The notes under the pieces: generated by a model
What the model was told of the DNA's origin: nothing
Database searches by the model: none
The model's input: the letters and a program-made list of their open reading frames with translations, nothing else
Shown: positions 41,556 to 54,139 of the stretch, piece by piece
How positions within the stretch are numbered: the stretch's first letter is position 1
Layout of the letters: each line of letters opens with the position of its first letter
Assembly (NCBI GenBank): GCA_016748015.1
Contig: JAAOMT010000322.1
Coordinates: forward strand, 82,660 to 146,659
Source: Geosiphon pyriformis uo1
Taxonomy: Eukaryota; Fungi; Glomeromycota
DNA: 64,000 nucleotides
Direction of reading: 5' to 3'
Made by a program: the position numbers and the translations under genes

Positions 41556-41562
41556 TATAAAA
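41556..41562 (+). promoter_or_regulatory. Candidate TATA box of the small peptide gene
   Basis: TATAAAA ~105 nt upstream of ATG 41666, followed by a pyrimidine-rich leader. AT-rich background limits confidence. Confidence 0.4.
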
Positions 41563-41665
41563 ACCCATTTTTTCTCCAGCTTTTTATCCTTATTCAACAA
41601 AGTTCACTTTCTCAAAAAACTTTTCATCCCCTCAAACATCTGAAAAACACGTAAAAAACTACGAG

Positions 41666-41984
41666 ATGGCCAAAGAAAAATTAGTTTTCAAAATTCTTCT
41701 CATATCCACTTTTCTTGCTTATGGTTTTCTATTCACTTGGGTAGATGCGTTTCCAAAGGGAAAAAGTATGAGTTGATAAATTAGTACTTTTGACAAAATT
41801 TAAAAAGTTTCGGAATTTACTAATTATGCATAAGAAAAAATGCTAATTGTATTTGGCATATTGCAAAACATCACTAGTAGGTTCGCTTGAGAAACGTACT
41901 TTTTGTGGAGGCAACAAACCAGAATGTCCTAAGTGTTTCCCAGGTGAAGCATGTGCCCTGGACCACCCATGCTGCCATACGTAG
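41666..41984 (+). CDS. Small secreted cysteine-rich prepropeptide (67-68 aa); exons 41666-41765 and 41878 or 41881-41984
   Basis: MAKEKLVFKILLISTFLAYGFLFTWVDA-FPKGK|(IG or S)SLEKR-TFCGGNKPECPKCFPGEACALDHPCCHT*. GTATGA donor, GCTAAT branch point, tandem TAGTAG acceptor with both options in frame. No stops or frameshifts. Confidence 0.8.
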
Positions 41985-44775
41985 ATTATTTTAATAGTTA
42001 GACATATTAGCTCTCAAATTTCAGTCAGAATGGAAGCTTTTTTCCCTTATTATTGTTCTCAAAAACAAAAGCAAGTTTTATAATGCTGATTGGCTTTTTT
42101 AATTTAGTTTATTCTTAATTAACGAATAAATTTGCTAGCTATTAAATCATTGTTTTGATGAGAAGCTCTATATATATATATATTAATGTTTGAGCGAAAA
42201 ACATCCACTTTTACTGAATTGAAGGGTTTCAACAATTTTGCAAATTTACTGAAAAATTTTCGATATTTAATTGAGAATATTCTGTTCCTAACACTATTCG
42301 TCATGATCGGATGAAAAATTTTTCAATTTATAACTGCTGCCTGCCCGACTGTCTTTTAAAAAAATATAATAGTGCTAGGGACAAAGGCTATTGCAAAAAA
42401 AATAGAGGTAATTTTTTCTTCAATCACTTTAAACTGCATACTTAATGTAACGAGGATGATAACCCTTTTGCAAAACAAGTGATCACCAATTCAAGTCTCC
42501 GAGTGATTAGCAAGATCTTTCACGCTTTACACTAAAGTTCGATCAAATGCAAAGTTTCTAAAGAGTTATTTATTTGTAGCGGATACTGATCTGCAACAAA
42601 AACCTCGAGGCGAGGTGGTTATCCATTTTTTCCTTGAACTCGATAATAAACTGATTTCTCATTTTATGTTGTTCCAGGGATCAAAGATCTAGGTATTCGA
42701 CATCCTAAAGTTTGTACTTTTTCATTCCTGTCTATGTGCGTATTATTTTCATATGTTGGCATTTTTCTTTACAATTATAAATTGGCTTACGAGTCCACAA
42801 TCCTTATATTGAGAAATTTCTGGTAGTTTATTAACTTGTTATAATTATAATATTTGGTATAAAAACATAAATTTATTATAGTATTAAAAACTTTTTTTAA
42901 ATAAATTTAAATTAATTTTAGTTATTTTAAAAGCTTTTTAGTTTATTAAAATTATTTAAATATTAAATTTTATTAAATATTAAATTAATCAACTAAAAAT
43001 TATTAATAATTTTTAAAACTGTTTATTCAATAAATTACAAAAACAAGTTTCTTATTTCTCAAGTTAATTTTAACAAATACGATTTAAAAAAGATAAAAAA
43101 AGAAATAAGGTTGAATTTAATTTAGTAGTAAAAATGTTAGAAATAAATATAAAATAAAGTGATTAAAATATAATTGAAATAAGTATTTTTAATTATTTTA
43201 AATTTATTAATATTTATAAATTGCTTCAATTATTATTTTTGTTAAATAAAAAAAACGTTTAAGCTTTGCGCACTTTTTTTAAAAATAAATCAATTGTTTA
43301 AAATTAAATTTTGTATTCTATTAAGATATTTTAAAGCCAAAAATTTTTGTAAGTTAATATCGAAGTTGAACAAAAAAGGCGTGCAAATGAAACTCATATT
43401 ATTTAAGTAGTTATTTTTATTTATGTAAGACAATTAAAAAACTTATTTGGGACAAAAGATTTTTGTTATTTTTTATGAAAATTACTCTATTTTCAAGAAA
43501 TTTCGACGAAAACAATAAGATCTGCTTATTTAATAAGTGTTATTGATTTTCAAATACACAAAATAATAAAAAGTTTTTGTAATTTGAAAAAATTGGAATA
43601 ACAAACAAATATTAAAATGGTTAAAATAATAAAATTAACTTAAAAATTTAAAAAATACAATCTTAAAACAAATATGTAAAATAAACTCAACAAAAATAAT
43701 ACTTTGTTAATTTAAAATACAAAATTATGGATAAAAAAGAGAAGTGTTTTAAAATAAATGACAATTTTACAGTATATTACTAAACTAGAAAAAAATTATA
43801 ACAAACAATTTATAATTTCACAATAATAGTGGTTTTAAGAATCATTTTGATAATTATTAAAATTGTATTTCATTATATTTGTATGCAATTAATATTATAT
43901 TTAATTAAATCATAAAAAAATACCAGTTTTTACTAATAATTAATAGTTTACCTAATTAAATTCTTTTTGGAAATATTTTTTAAAATATCATTTTGTACTA
44001 ATAAAGTTACCAAAATTAAAATATAATATAAATTATAGTTTTAATTCACATTATCAATTTTTTTATTAATATTATTTTTGAATAATAGTTATTAAATGCT
44101 GTACCATCAGTTTTGTTAAAACACTTGATAACCTTTTCTTTTAATAAAATAGAAATCAAAACTTTTTAACTATTTTGATGAGCTTGCAAGCGTTTTAGGA
44201 AAAACCAAATTTAAATAATTTAGGAAGAATTATGGAGTTTTGGATTTCGTTTTCTATAAGATTTAAAAGAATTATAGTTAGAATGAAAAATTACGATAAT
44301 AGAATCAATAAAATACTTCAATATCTTGAATGAAACTTTAAAAAAAACTTTGATAATTAGCTTTTATTATAGATAAAAAATTACTGACAACATTAAACAA
44401 TCTGAATTATTTGGAAAGATGAATGCAAATATGAGGAAATGACCAAAATTGACCAATTCTGAATAACTTATTTTAAAAAAAAATCCTCATTAATTTAAAA
44501 AATGGGTTGATAGTTTGAGAGTAAAATATTATAAAGAAAAATTTTCAGTCAAGAATAATCTGGATTAAAAATTAACAGTTTAGATATTTCATGGTTTTCA
44601 TATAGAGGCTGTGATCGTTGGAGGCGATTTGATTAAAGACTCGGAATTAATTGATCAATCGATAATGTGCAGGTTAACATGTGACTTCTCCAGATCATTA
44701 TATAACTATGTTCGATAGCATAAATCCCTAATACGTAGAGAAAAAGACCTCACTCAGACTTCTCATATTTTACCA

Positions 44776-46267
44776 ATGTCACCCCAACAATACTTTCACG
44801 CTTTATCCAATGATTTTGGGAATTTATTTGACAGTCAGAAGTTCTCTGATATTAGAATTATAGTTGGCGAAGCGACCAATATTAGAACTTTTCATGCTCA
44901 TTCCCAAATTTTAGCAGCAAGATCATCATATTTTGCTGTCGCACTCTCTAGCAATTGGATTAAAAGGGAAAATAATATCATTATTCTTCCTAAACCTAAT
45001 ATTTCACCAAAGATTTTTGAAATAATTCTCAGGTAAGGGTTTTCATTTGCTTCAAATATTTTGGCCAACATAAAATTGACTGTTTTATTTCCTAAACAGA
45101 TATATTTATAATGGCGAGATTTCTCTTGATAAACATGGAGTACCTACTATTTTAGAATTGCTTGTTACCGCTGACGAGCTTATTCTAGAAAACATAATTG
45201 ATCACCTTGAAGATTATTTGATTGAACACCGTGCAAAAGAGTTAGAAGAAAATTTCACCACTTTGCAGAAAACATCATTTATGCATGATTCTTTCAAGAA
45301 GTTACAAAAATTCTGCACCGAAATAGCTGCTAACAATCCAGCCATAGTTTTCGATTCGCAAGATTTTACCTCTCTTAGTGAAAAGGCTCTTTCCTCAATT
45401 TTAACCCGGGATGATCTAAATATAGAAGAATCTGAAATATGGGAAAAGATTGTTGAATGGGGAATTGCTAAATTAGATAACAATATTCAGACGAAAAAAG
45501 TTCCTTACTGGACAGATGAAAACTTTAACGCCTTTAAGGAATCCATCGAAAGGCTTCTACCTTTAATTCGGTTCTTTCACATATCTTCAGTTGACTTCTA
45601 TCACAAAGTAAAACCATTTGCGAGAATTTTACCTGGAACTTTATATGAAGATCTTTTACATCATTATCTCGTACCGGGTAGTTATCAAAAATCTGTAGAC
45701 GCTCAGCCATTCCGATCAACTGTTTCAAAGCTTCTTAAGTTACATAATATAAAGCAGCTTGATCATTGGATTCAAGGCAAAAACAAAAATACTCCTTTTG
45801 AAAGCAAACTTGGAAATGATTTTAAATTGTTACTTCGAGGCAGTCGAGACGGATTTACTCCAGCCGATTTCCATCGATTATGCGATGATAAAGGAGCAAC
45901 AATTAGCGTAATCAAAGTGAAAGGAACTGGTCAGATAATTGGCGGCTTTAACCCACAATCTTGGCACTCTCGAAATCAGTGGCTAGATGGAGAAGGAAGT
46001 TTTATTTTTTATCTTGGAGATGACAATGCTGAAAATGCTATACTTAGCAAATTTGTTAAAGGATGTGGACCTTTTAATGGGCCAGATTGTGGACCCTATT
46101 TTGGAAATAACAATATAAGATTGAGTGGCAATAATTTTAAAAATAGTTCATGGTGCTATTGTCAAAAGACAACTATTTATGAGCATGCTATAATGCCTGG
46201 GTCAGAAAATCAACAGATGAATTTTTCTGTCGAGGAGTATGAAGTTTTTCAAATCATAAAAAGATAA
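44776..46267 (+). CDS. BTB/POZ-BACK-TLDc protein, copy 2 (intron ~45033-45099)
   Basis: BTB exon ...FEIILR|YIYNGEISL; BACK region (RDDLNIEESEIWEKIVEWG, LPLIRFF); TLDc (FKLLLRGSRDGF..FHRLCDDKGAT..EYEVFQI). Intact. Confidence 0.92.
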
Positions 46268-48663
46268 ATTTGCTTTAATTAAATTTTATACTTTTGAAGG
46301 TTGGGCTGTCTATCTTAGAAACTGTCACTGGCGAAATATTCAATAGCCTACTATTTTTAGGTCTCACGGTAAAGTTTAGGTTTTATCACAGGCTAAAACC
46401 ATAAAACGTTCATTAGCTAAATAGCATTAGAAATATAACTTTTAAATGGATACTTGTGTTTCTCCGCTAATTAAAATTATAAATTTTAGATGGTGTTTTA
46501 CTTTTTACATTGCAATGATATAAACAAAAGATTTTAATAAAAATTTAATAAAGAGATTCGAAAAGAGTAAGATAGTTTTCTATTAAATAAAGTTTTTTAA
46601 TAGACTGTGATTGAAATTTGCCATTATTGAGAAGAGATGCAATTGATAATGCCCTTTCAAAACTATTAGTGACATTCTATTTTTTGCTCTGTCCCCTTAA
46701 AATCTCATTTTTCCGTTTTATAATAAATACCTGCCAAAAAATTTCCTAAAAAAACCGTTCGTTTAAAAAAGGGCAATATGATATACAATTTGATAGAAAT
46801 TTAATGTTGATAATTAATTAATGCTCACTCACATTTAACTTGGAGCCCGAAAGCTTCATGTAAAAACCTTTATGTGAGTGAATGCTAATTGGAGGGAACC
46901 ATTTATTTTAAATTACTTGTACAAGAAATTGGAAATATAATATTTTCTAATTTCGATTTATCAATTTTATGATACTTTCGGTGATCTTTTGATTGAGACG
47001 TAAAAATCCAATTATTATGGCTTAAAATCATCATGTATTTTAGTTAGATAGGGAATTCAAAGTTTTTTAATAGAAAATAACAAATAAACCTTCTTAGTTG
47101 CATGTTGCTTTCTCGATGTCATAGTTTTAAGTATTCAAACGAATGAATACTTAATCTTTAAAATAAATTTCCCAAAAATCATAAAAATAAACTAAGCACA
47201 TTTACCTATTTTAAATTGTCAAATATTATTAGGTATTTGCACCCATCACAAAATTATCATTGACGATAATAAAATAATCTTTATCCGGTTGATTAGATGT
47301 GCTCCACTGAAAAGTTTGATTATCTATATACAATATGACAAAATTGTGACTTTGTAGAGATAATTATTTTAATAAATAGAACAATAGGGTTATAAGTTAT
47401 GTTACTTCACCACTCTTTTGATAGATTCGTTAAGTTAAGACAAGGCTAGCTATTAAATGTGACTTATTAATCAGCAAATTAGATGGTTTATAAAATTTGC
47501 TGATTCTGAATTGATTTTCAAGATATATTGCATATTTTTCTCTTTTATGCTTTGTTTTTGTTTTTTTTTTCAATTATTAATTGAAGCTTTTTTTTTTTTA
47601 TACTGTTTCATATAAACTTAAACTATTATCTTTTCATGTTTTATGACATTGAATCACATCCAATGTTGATAAGTTTTCAGCTTTATTAATATCAAATAAC
47701 ACTGGTTTGTTATAAATAATACCTCAATTATTAAGATTTGAATTTAACATAAGTTTCTGCCAATCATTTGAATAAAAAGATCACTTTGTTTATCCTTAGT
47801 TGTTCAATAATATTATGAAGTAAAAATATTTATGGTGCAGGGTTTCAATTAACTGAGAAATTAATTAGCGAATATGAAATCAAGACGGAAAAAAGGACCC
47901 AGCCGCCTGTCTATGAAACAGATGCAGGTTTTAAAGTTCAAAATTATATGAGTCTAATTAATTTAAGACTATGAAAATAGCTATAGATTGGTCATTTTCC
48001 AATCCGCTAAACTTGAAAATAATAAATATAAAAGTTAAAACAGATGAGTCTAGATTTCAAACAAAATGATGACATTGTACTTTATATTTTTTAAATTTTA
48101 TTTATTTATTTATTTTAAAAGCTGATTCCAAAATTTAAAAATATATATATATATATATGTATATACTAATTAAACTAGAAATAATAATAATTATCTTTTA
48201 ATATAAAATCCATAATTATACAGATTTTTTAAATATATAAAAATTTTTTATTAAAATATTTTAATTTAATTTAATTTAGTTTGTTGTAGTAAATTAATTA
48301 AGTAATATTACAAATTAGAATGATATACTAATAAAAATTATATATAAAAATAAAATAACAAAAATAATTTAAAGAAAATAATTTTTAATTAAGTTCAATC
48401 AATTTATTAATTAAATAAAAAACAATATTTTTTAAATTATAAATATATAAATTATATTAAAAATCAATAAATATATGTTTGAATTTGAAAAAAATTAATT
48501 AAAATGGTTTTTTCAATTTAAAATTTAATTTTGAAATATTTCTAAATTTTAATTAAATTTTTTTGAAATATTGTAAAAGAAACATTAAAAATAATAATAA
48601 TTAATAAATATAATTTTTATAATAATAAATTTTTTTGAAGCATTTATAAAGATATATATATAA

Positions 48664-48701
48664 TTATTTAAACAGTAAAATAAATTTTACTGTTTAAATA
48701 A
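48664..48701. repeat. Perfect inverted repeat, 18-bp arms, 2-nt loop
   Basis: ttatttaaacagtaaaat-aa-attttactgtttaaataa. Confidence 0.9.
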
Positions 48702-51552
48702 AATATTAACTATTTTATCAAAAATTTTAATGTTGAGAAATAAGTTTAAATGCATTTGCATAATATGGTTTTTTAATACATGTCACTTGGCAAAATAAAA
48801 AAAATAAATCAAGAAAAACCTTTTTGTCTAATTTTTATAAAAAATCATTTACCGATTAGTTATTTTTGTTTTTGGTGAATATTTTCGAAAAAGCCAAATT
48901 TTGCAAGTAAACAATCATCATATACGATATATTATATTGTTTGAAAAATGGAAAAATTTGGTGTTCCTAAAAATAATATGAATACTCATTAGTCATATAA
49001 ATATGAGATTGGATGCTAATTTTAACTGTTCAGTAAAATCAAAGATGACCTTAAATATATGTATGTTTAATAATTACGTTGATTTGTTTTTTTATATACA
49101 TGTAATCAGAAATGGGCCACAAAGAGGTACTAGATAAGAATTTTTATTTAGGTGCACAAGATTTCATATCATTCTATCATTTTTTATTTTTTTTAACAAC
49201 GTGAATATTAATATTTTCCGATTATTATAAAGAAACTAAATGACAAATGATTGTAAATACAAAGTATTATTCCATTTGTAGTTGTTCATTTCGGCCGATT
49301 TGAAGCTTTGTTAAACGTTTCAATAAATAAAGGTAAACCCGATACGATACGTTACGTTACGTTACGAGCTAGTAAGAATTATCATCTCAAAATGGATAAA
49401 AAATTATTTGAATGATGTAATCCCCCTTAATTTCTGAAATTAGAAGTAAAAAGCCGGATCATAAAGTTATTGAAAACGTAAAAGATCAAAGCCCCAGAAT
49501 ATACTGACATGGATTCATCCATAATGTATTTTTAATTTTCCAAGAGTTAAATATTTATTTTCTCGCTGATTCTGAACTTCAAAGCATGCACAGTATATCA
49601 GTTAAAAATATCATCTACCATAATCGAAGCGAAGATTTATTTCGAGATGACGCAATGTACGATTTAGGAAGTTGTAGTATTCTTTATCAAAGAAGAAAGG
49701 TTTCTTTGGAATTTTTTAAGTATCATCAGACATTGAAATTGTATTTTACCTGAGACTAAATTTGCTCATACTATACTGGATTAAAGGATAAGGATTTTAT
49801 AAAAAAAGTAGATTAAAAGATTTTTCTTCATAAAATTCACTATAGTTAATTTTCAATGAGAAACATAAGAATATTGATTTACAAAGAGAGTAAAATGAAC
49901 TAATAAAAAAATGATTCACGTTGGTGGTTGGTTTTCCATAAGGACCAAAAATAAATAGAAACTTAAAACTTACATCTTATATAGATCAAATCAATCAAAT
50001 TTTTTTTTTGAAAGAAATACAAATGAAAATTTTGAAATTCTGAATCAATCACATAATTATCATTATTTTTTCTTCATACTTGAAAACAAATTATATTGTC
50101 CATAGAACAAATCTAATTGATAATATCATATCTTTTATTTCTTGAAAGGCTTGTTTTTACAAATGAAACCATTTATTGAAATTTTTTATTTTAAAATAGA
50201 ATAACAAGGAATAATCAAATTCTGAAAACGAAAAAAAAAGAGAGATAGTTTAAATTTGAAAATAACGTTTATATATTATGAAACAATTTTAAATAAAAGA
50301 TCTCATTCAATAATTATTTTAATTGATATGCCAATTTTAAAACGATTTTTTCTTAATATTTATAACGAAAAATTTTGCAAAAATATTTTTAAAATTGTCA
50401 TTTCAAAAATAAATTTAATTTTACACGCTTAATATAGACGTTAAAATTAGATAAAAAAAAATGTAACCTTATAAAGCATTTAAAATATGTCACAAATTTA
50501 ATTATTGTTTTTTATCTTAAAGGTTTCACATAATTATTTGCATTTTACATTTTATTGTGTGTACTCATTCATCATGAATATTTTTAATAACAAATAAAAT
50601 TAGAGAGAATTGATATGATATTATATGATATGATATGATATGATATGAGATGATTTTTTAATAAAAAAAAGTGAAAGAAAATACCTTTTTATTTTAAAAT
50701 TCTATTGCACACACTTTTCTAAGAATCTGATATTGAACCACTAATCTTTTTTTTAAAATTAAATATCATTGATCATAGTTTCTTGCTTTCTTTAAGAAAA
50801 ATGATTTTTTTCTTACTTTTTTTTCATATAATCATAAATGAATTAGATATATACAGTAACACCATCATATTATCATAACCGTTTCTTTATTTATATTTAC
50901 TTGCTTTTACAGGTAATTACTTTTATCCATGCTTAATTTATACCAATTTTAGAAATAATAAATTATTCTAACTATAAGAGGTGAGCAAACAGTTTGAATT
51001 CAGCACAGAATCATGCAAAAGGAAAGAACGACGCCGAATTTTTTGAAACGAGTGAAATAATGCGTTGAGGAGTGACCCAATCTTCATGATGATTAAAACT
51101 ATTTTAGAAATAAATATATATTTATATATATGATATTTTAAAATAGTAAAATGATTAAAACAAATTTTTAATTTTCAATCATCCCTTCATTGTTTAAATA
51201 TGATTCGTGTTTCTGAAACGATAATATTCTCTCGTCTGACAACATTGTAGATCATAAACTTAACAGATCAAAAATAAAAAGAATCTCGGAATCAAATTCA
51301 AAACTTGTCTTTTTTACTTTGGTAAAAAAAAGTTTTTTCAAGTGAACTATAAACAAAGAACTATATAAAGTCTATCAATTTTTTTAATTCAAATTCAAGA
51401 AAAAAAAAGAGAATTTATATTTTTAATTTTAAAAATATTGGTAAACAAAGCTCTCTGTGATTTTTTTTTCTATTATAAAAAAACACCACAAATTTCAAGA
51501 AACCCTGATTGAGAATAATTTTTTTCACATCAAATCTTTTTAAATATTTCAA

Positions 51553-52484
51553 ATGGCAACAACAACAAAGGTGAAAACAATATCATTATCATCATCATCA
51601 TCATCATCATCGTCGTCGTCGTCTTCGTCTTCGTCTTCGTCGTCTTCGTCATCATCATCACCATCATCATCACCATCACCGTTATCCTCATATACCACCA
51701 CCACCACCACCACAAAAACTATATCGTTATCAGGAAAATTCCGTAAACCTAGGAGCAACGGTAACAATACTTTCAAAGACAGCCATAATGTTCTTCATTG
51801 TGACACTGATCATCATTCAATTAATATAAACCATAATAATAATCAAACCTTAATAAATTCCTTAGCCAACAAATTTATTAAATCGACTAAATTCAAATTC
51901 TTTCACACTCCCACCATTCATCGTTCTCACCCAACACCTAAATGTAATCATTTGACCGATTTCATACCCAATTCCCAAACTAATTCTCATTCCGACTCTC
52001 TAATCTATAATTACAATAAAAATATAAAAAATATCAACAACGACAACAAAAACGACAACGACCACAACTACTACAAAGATAAAAAGAACAATAATCATAA
52101 AGAAAGTTATATTCATAAAAAACAAGACAACAACGACCTTTTGACTTCATTTGGACAACAAAATAAACCTTTTCGAAATATAAATAATCTGCATATAATG
52201 CATGAATTACAAATTATTAATTCAGAGAATATGACTTCGAGTTCTAATGAGAGTATCAATAAGAGTTCGAATAAAAGTGAAAATGAAAATCTCACTAGAA
52301 CGATAAAGATTTCAACCGGAATTTCAAATTCAAATCATGACAATAAGATATCGAGTACAAATCCAACATCATTATACAAAAGGTCGAAAGATGAAAGTTC
52401 AAAAGAGAAAACCATGAATAAACCACCAATTCCAATAACTACAACTAATAATACACCTACAACAGCAACAACAGCAACAACAGC

Positions 52485-52537
<53 letters not shown>

Positions 52538-53949
52538 CTGCAGCCACAACCTCAACTCTAAACACAATTTTCCCTCATATTATTCTTGAAGAATCTTTAG
52601 AAATTTATTTATTAGCACAGCACCTTTTCGAACCTTGTCATAAAATCAAAAAAACTCTTGAAAAATTTTTAATTTCAAAAAACAGTTCCCCCGATTTTCT
52701 TTTCTCTATAACATTTTTAGAATCTAAAAATAATCTTGTAAAATATGGTCCCTTCCTCGCATTTCTTTATCAAACTGGTTTTGGCACTGGTTATAACCAA
52801 TCAAAAGTATTTTCCATTTATGAAGATTTAGCGGTTAACATGGACCCGGCTATTCTTAACAGTCTTGGAGAATGTTATATGCATGGCATTGGAATCTCGG
52901 TGCAGGAGACGATAGCTTTCCGATATTTTACGCAATCAGCGAATAAAGGGAATTCTAATGGTCAATACAATCTGGCATTATGTTATCTTTCAGGCATTGG
53001 CATTCCACAACCGTCTTCACTACAATTATCATCATCCCTTTCCTCGTTTGCGGGATCCCAATTTTTTTTCTGGTTACAAAAATCCTCATCCCAGAATCAT
53101 CCATTAGCACAACTTCAACTAGCAAAATGTTTACAATTTGGTTTTGCTACCGAAAAAAATTCCACAGAAGCTTTTTATTATTTATCCAAATCTGCTGAGA
53201 ATGGAAGTCATGAGGCACAATATGAACTAGGAAAATCTTTGTCTTTAATGGATCGTGGAAAAAAAGATTTAGGATTGGTCTTTGATTGGTATTGGAAATC
53301 GGCAATGAATGGCAATCCTAAAGCTCAATTACGTGTCGCTGAAGCGTATAAAGATGGGAAAGGAATAAAAAGGATTGAATCGGTTGCTGTCAAGTGGTAT
53401 TTGAAAGCTGCTCAATGTGGTGGTCAGTTGGAGGCGTATTTTCAATTAGGACATTTGATTCATTGTGGGAATGGATGTCGAAAAGATCGAGTGAAAGCTT
53501 TTAGATGTTTTATGAAGAGTCTTGAAAATGTAAATAAGGTCAGGCTACGCCGGGTTGAGAATAAGTGGTGGGGGATTGAAATCGGGATCAGAGGGTTAGA
53601 GACCAAGAATGAGGTTGAAAATGAAAAAATTCAAGTTCAGCAAATTCAGGATACCGAGACTACAATTATTCAAACTCCTTTATTATTAAACAACAACAAC
53701 AACAACACTGAAGAAAAATTCAACCTACTAGCCGAATGGGAACAATTACAAGATGAAAGTAAAGCAGATTCGAAAACTGCTGAAAAAGACTGGCAACCTA
53801 GAGCACAATATGCTCTCGGTAATTCATACCATTACGGTTGGGGTGTTCAAAAAGATTCACATAAAGCGATTTATTGGTATCGACGTGCTCGTGTAAATGA
53901 TCATCGTTCTGCAAAGGTTCAAATGAAATTACTTTTTAAAGGAAAGTAG
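51553..53949 (+). CDS. Sel1-like repeat protein with long low-complexity (poly-Ser/Thr/Asn) N-terminus, single ORF of 798 aa
   Basis: Multiple Sel1 units: LGECYMHGIG..AFRYFTQSA, GQYNLALCYLSGIG, AQLQLAKCLQFG, AQYELG, AQYALGNSYHYGWGVQKD..AIYWY. Confidence 0.9.
52459..52537. repeat. (ACA/GCA)n coding microsatellite (poly-Thr); a poly-Ser tract lies at ~51583-51690
   Basis: Direct reading. Confidence 0.9.
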
Positions 53950-54070
53950 CGGAAGGAAATTTTTATTGATGGAATGATATAAATCGAGTCGAAATGTCCC
54001 GTTTATGGAAATTACCAAAGAATTTACTTTTTCCTAATGAAAATCTACTCCCTCGTTTCAAATCAAATAT

Positions 54071-54139
54071 ACCACAACACAACACAACATACTACACTAC
54101 ACTATACTACAACACAACACAACACAACACAACACAACA
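54071..54139. repeat. (ACAAC/ACTAC)n pentanucleotide repeat downstream of the Sel1 gene
   Basis: Direct reading. Confidence 0.85.

Noticed and set aside
42340-42720. Moderately GC-richer stretch with splice-like signals downstream of the peptide gene
   Set aside because: I could not assemble an open, recognisable reading frame.
51530-52565. Antisense ORFs with poly-Val, poly-Asp or poly-Met, and similar shadow ORFs opposite the BTB genes
   Set aside because: By-products of trinucleotide repeats or of the sense-strand reading frame.
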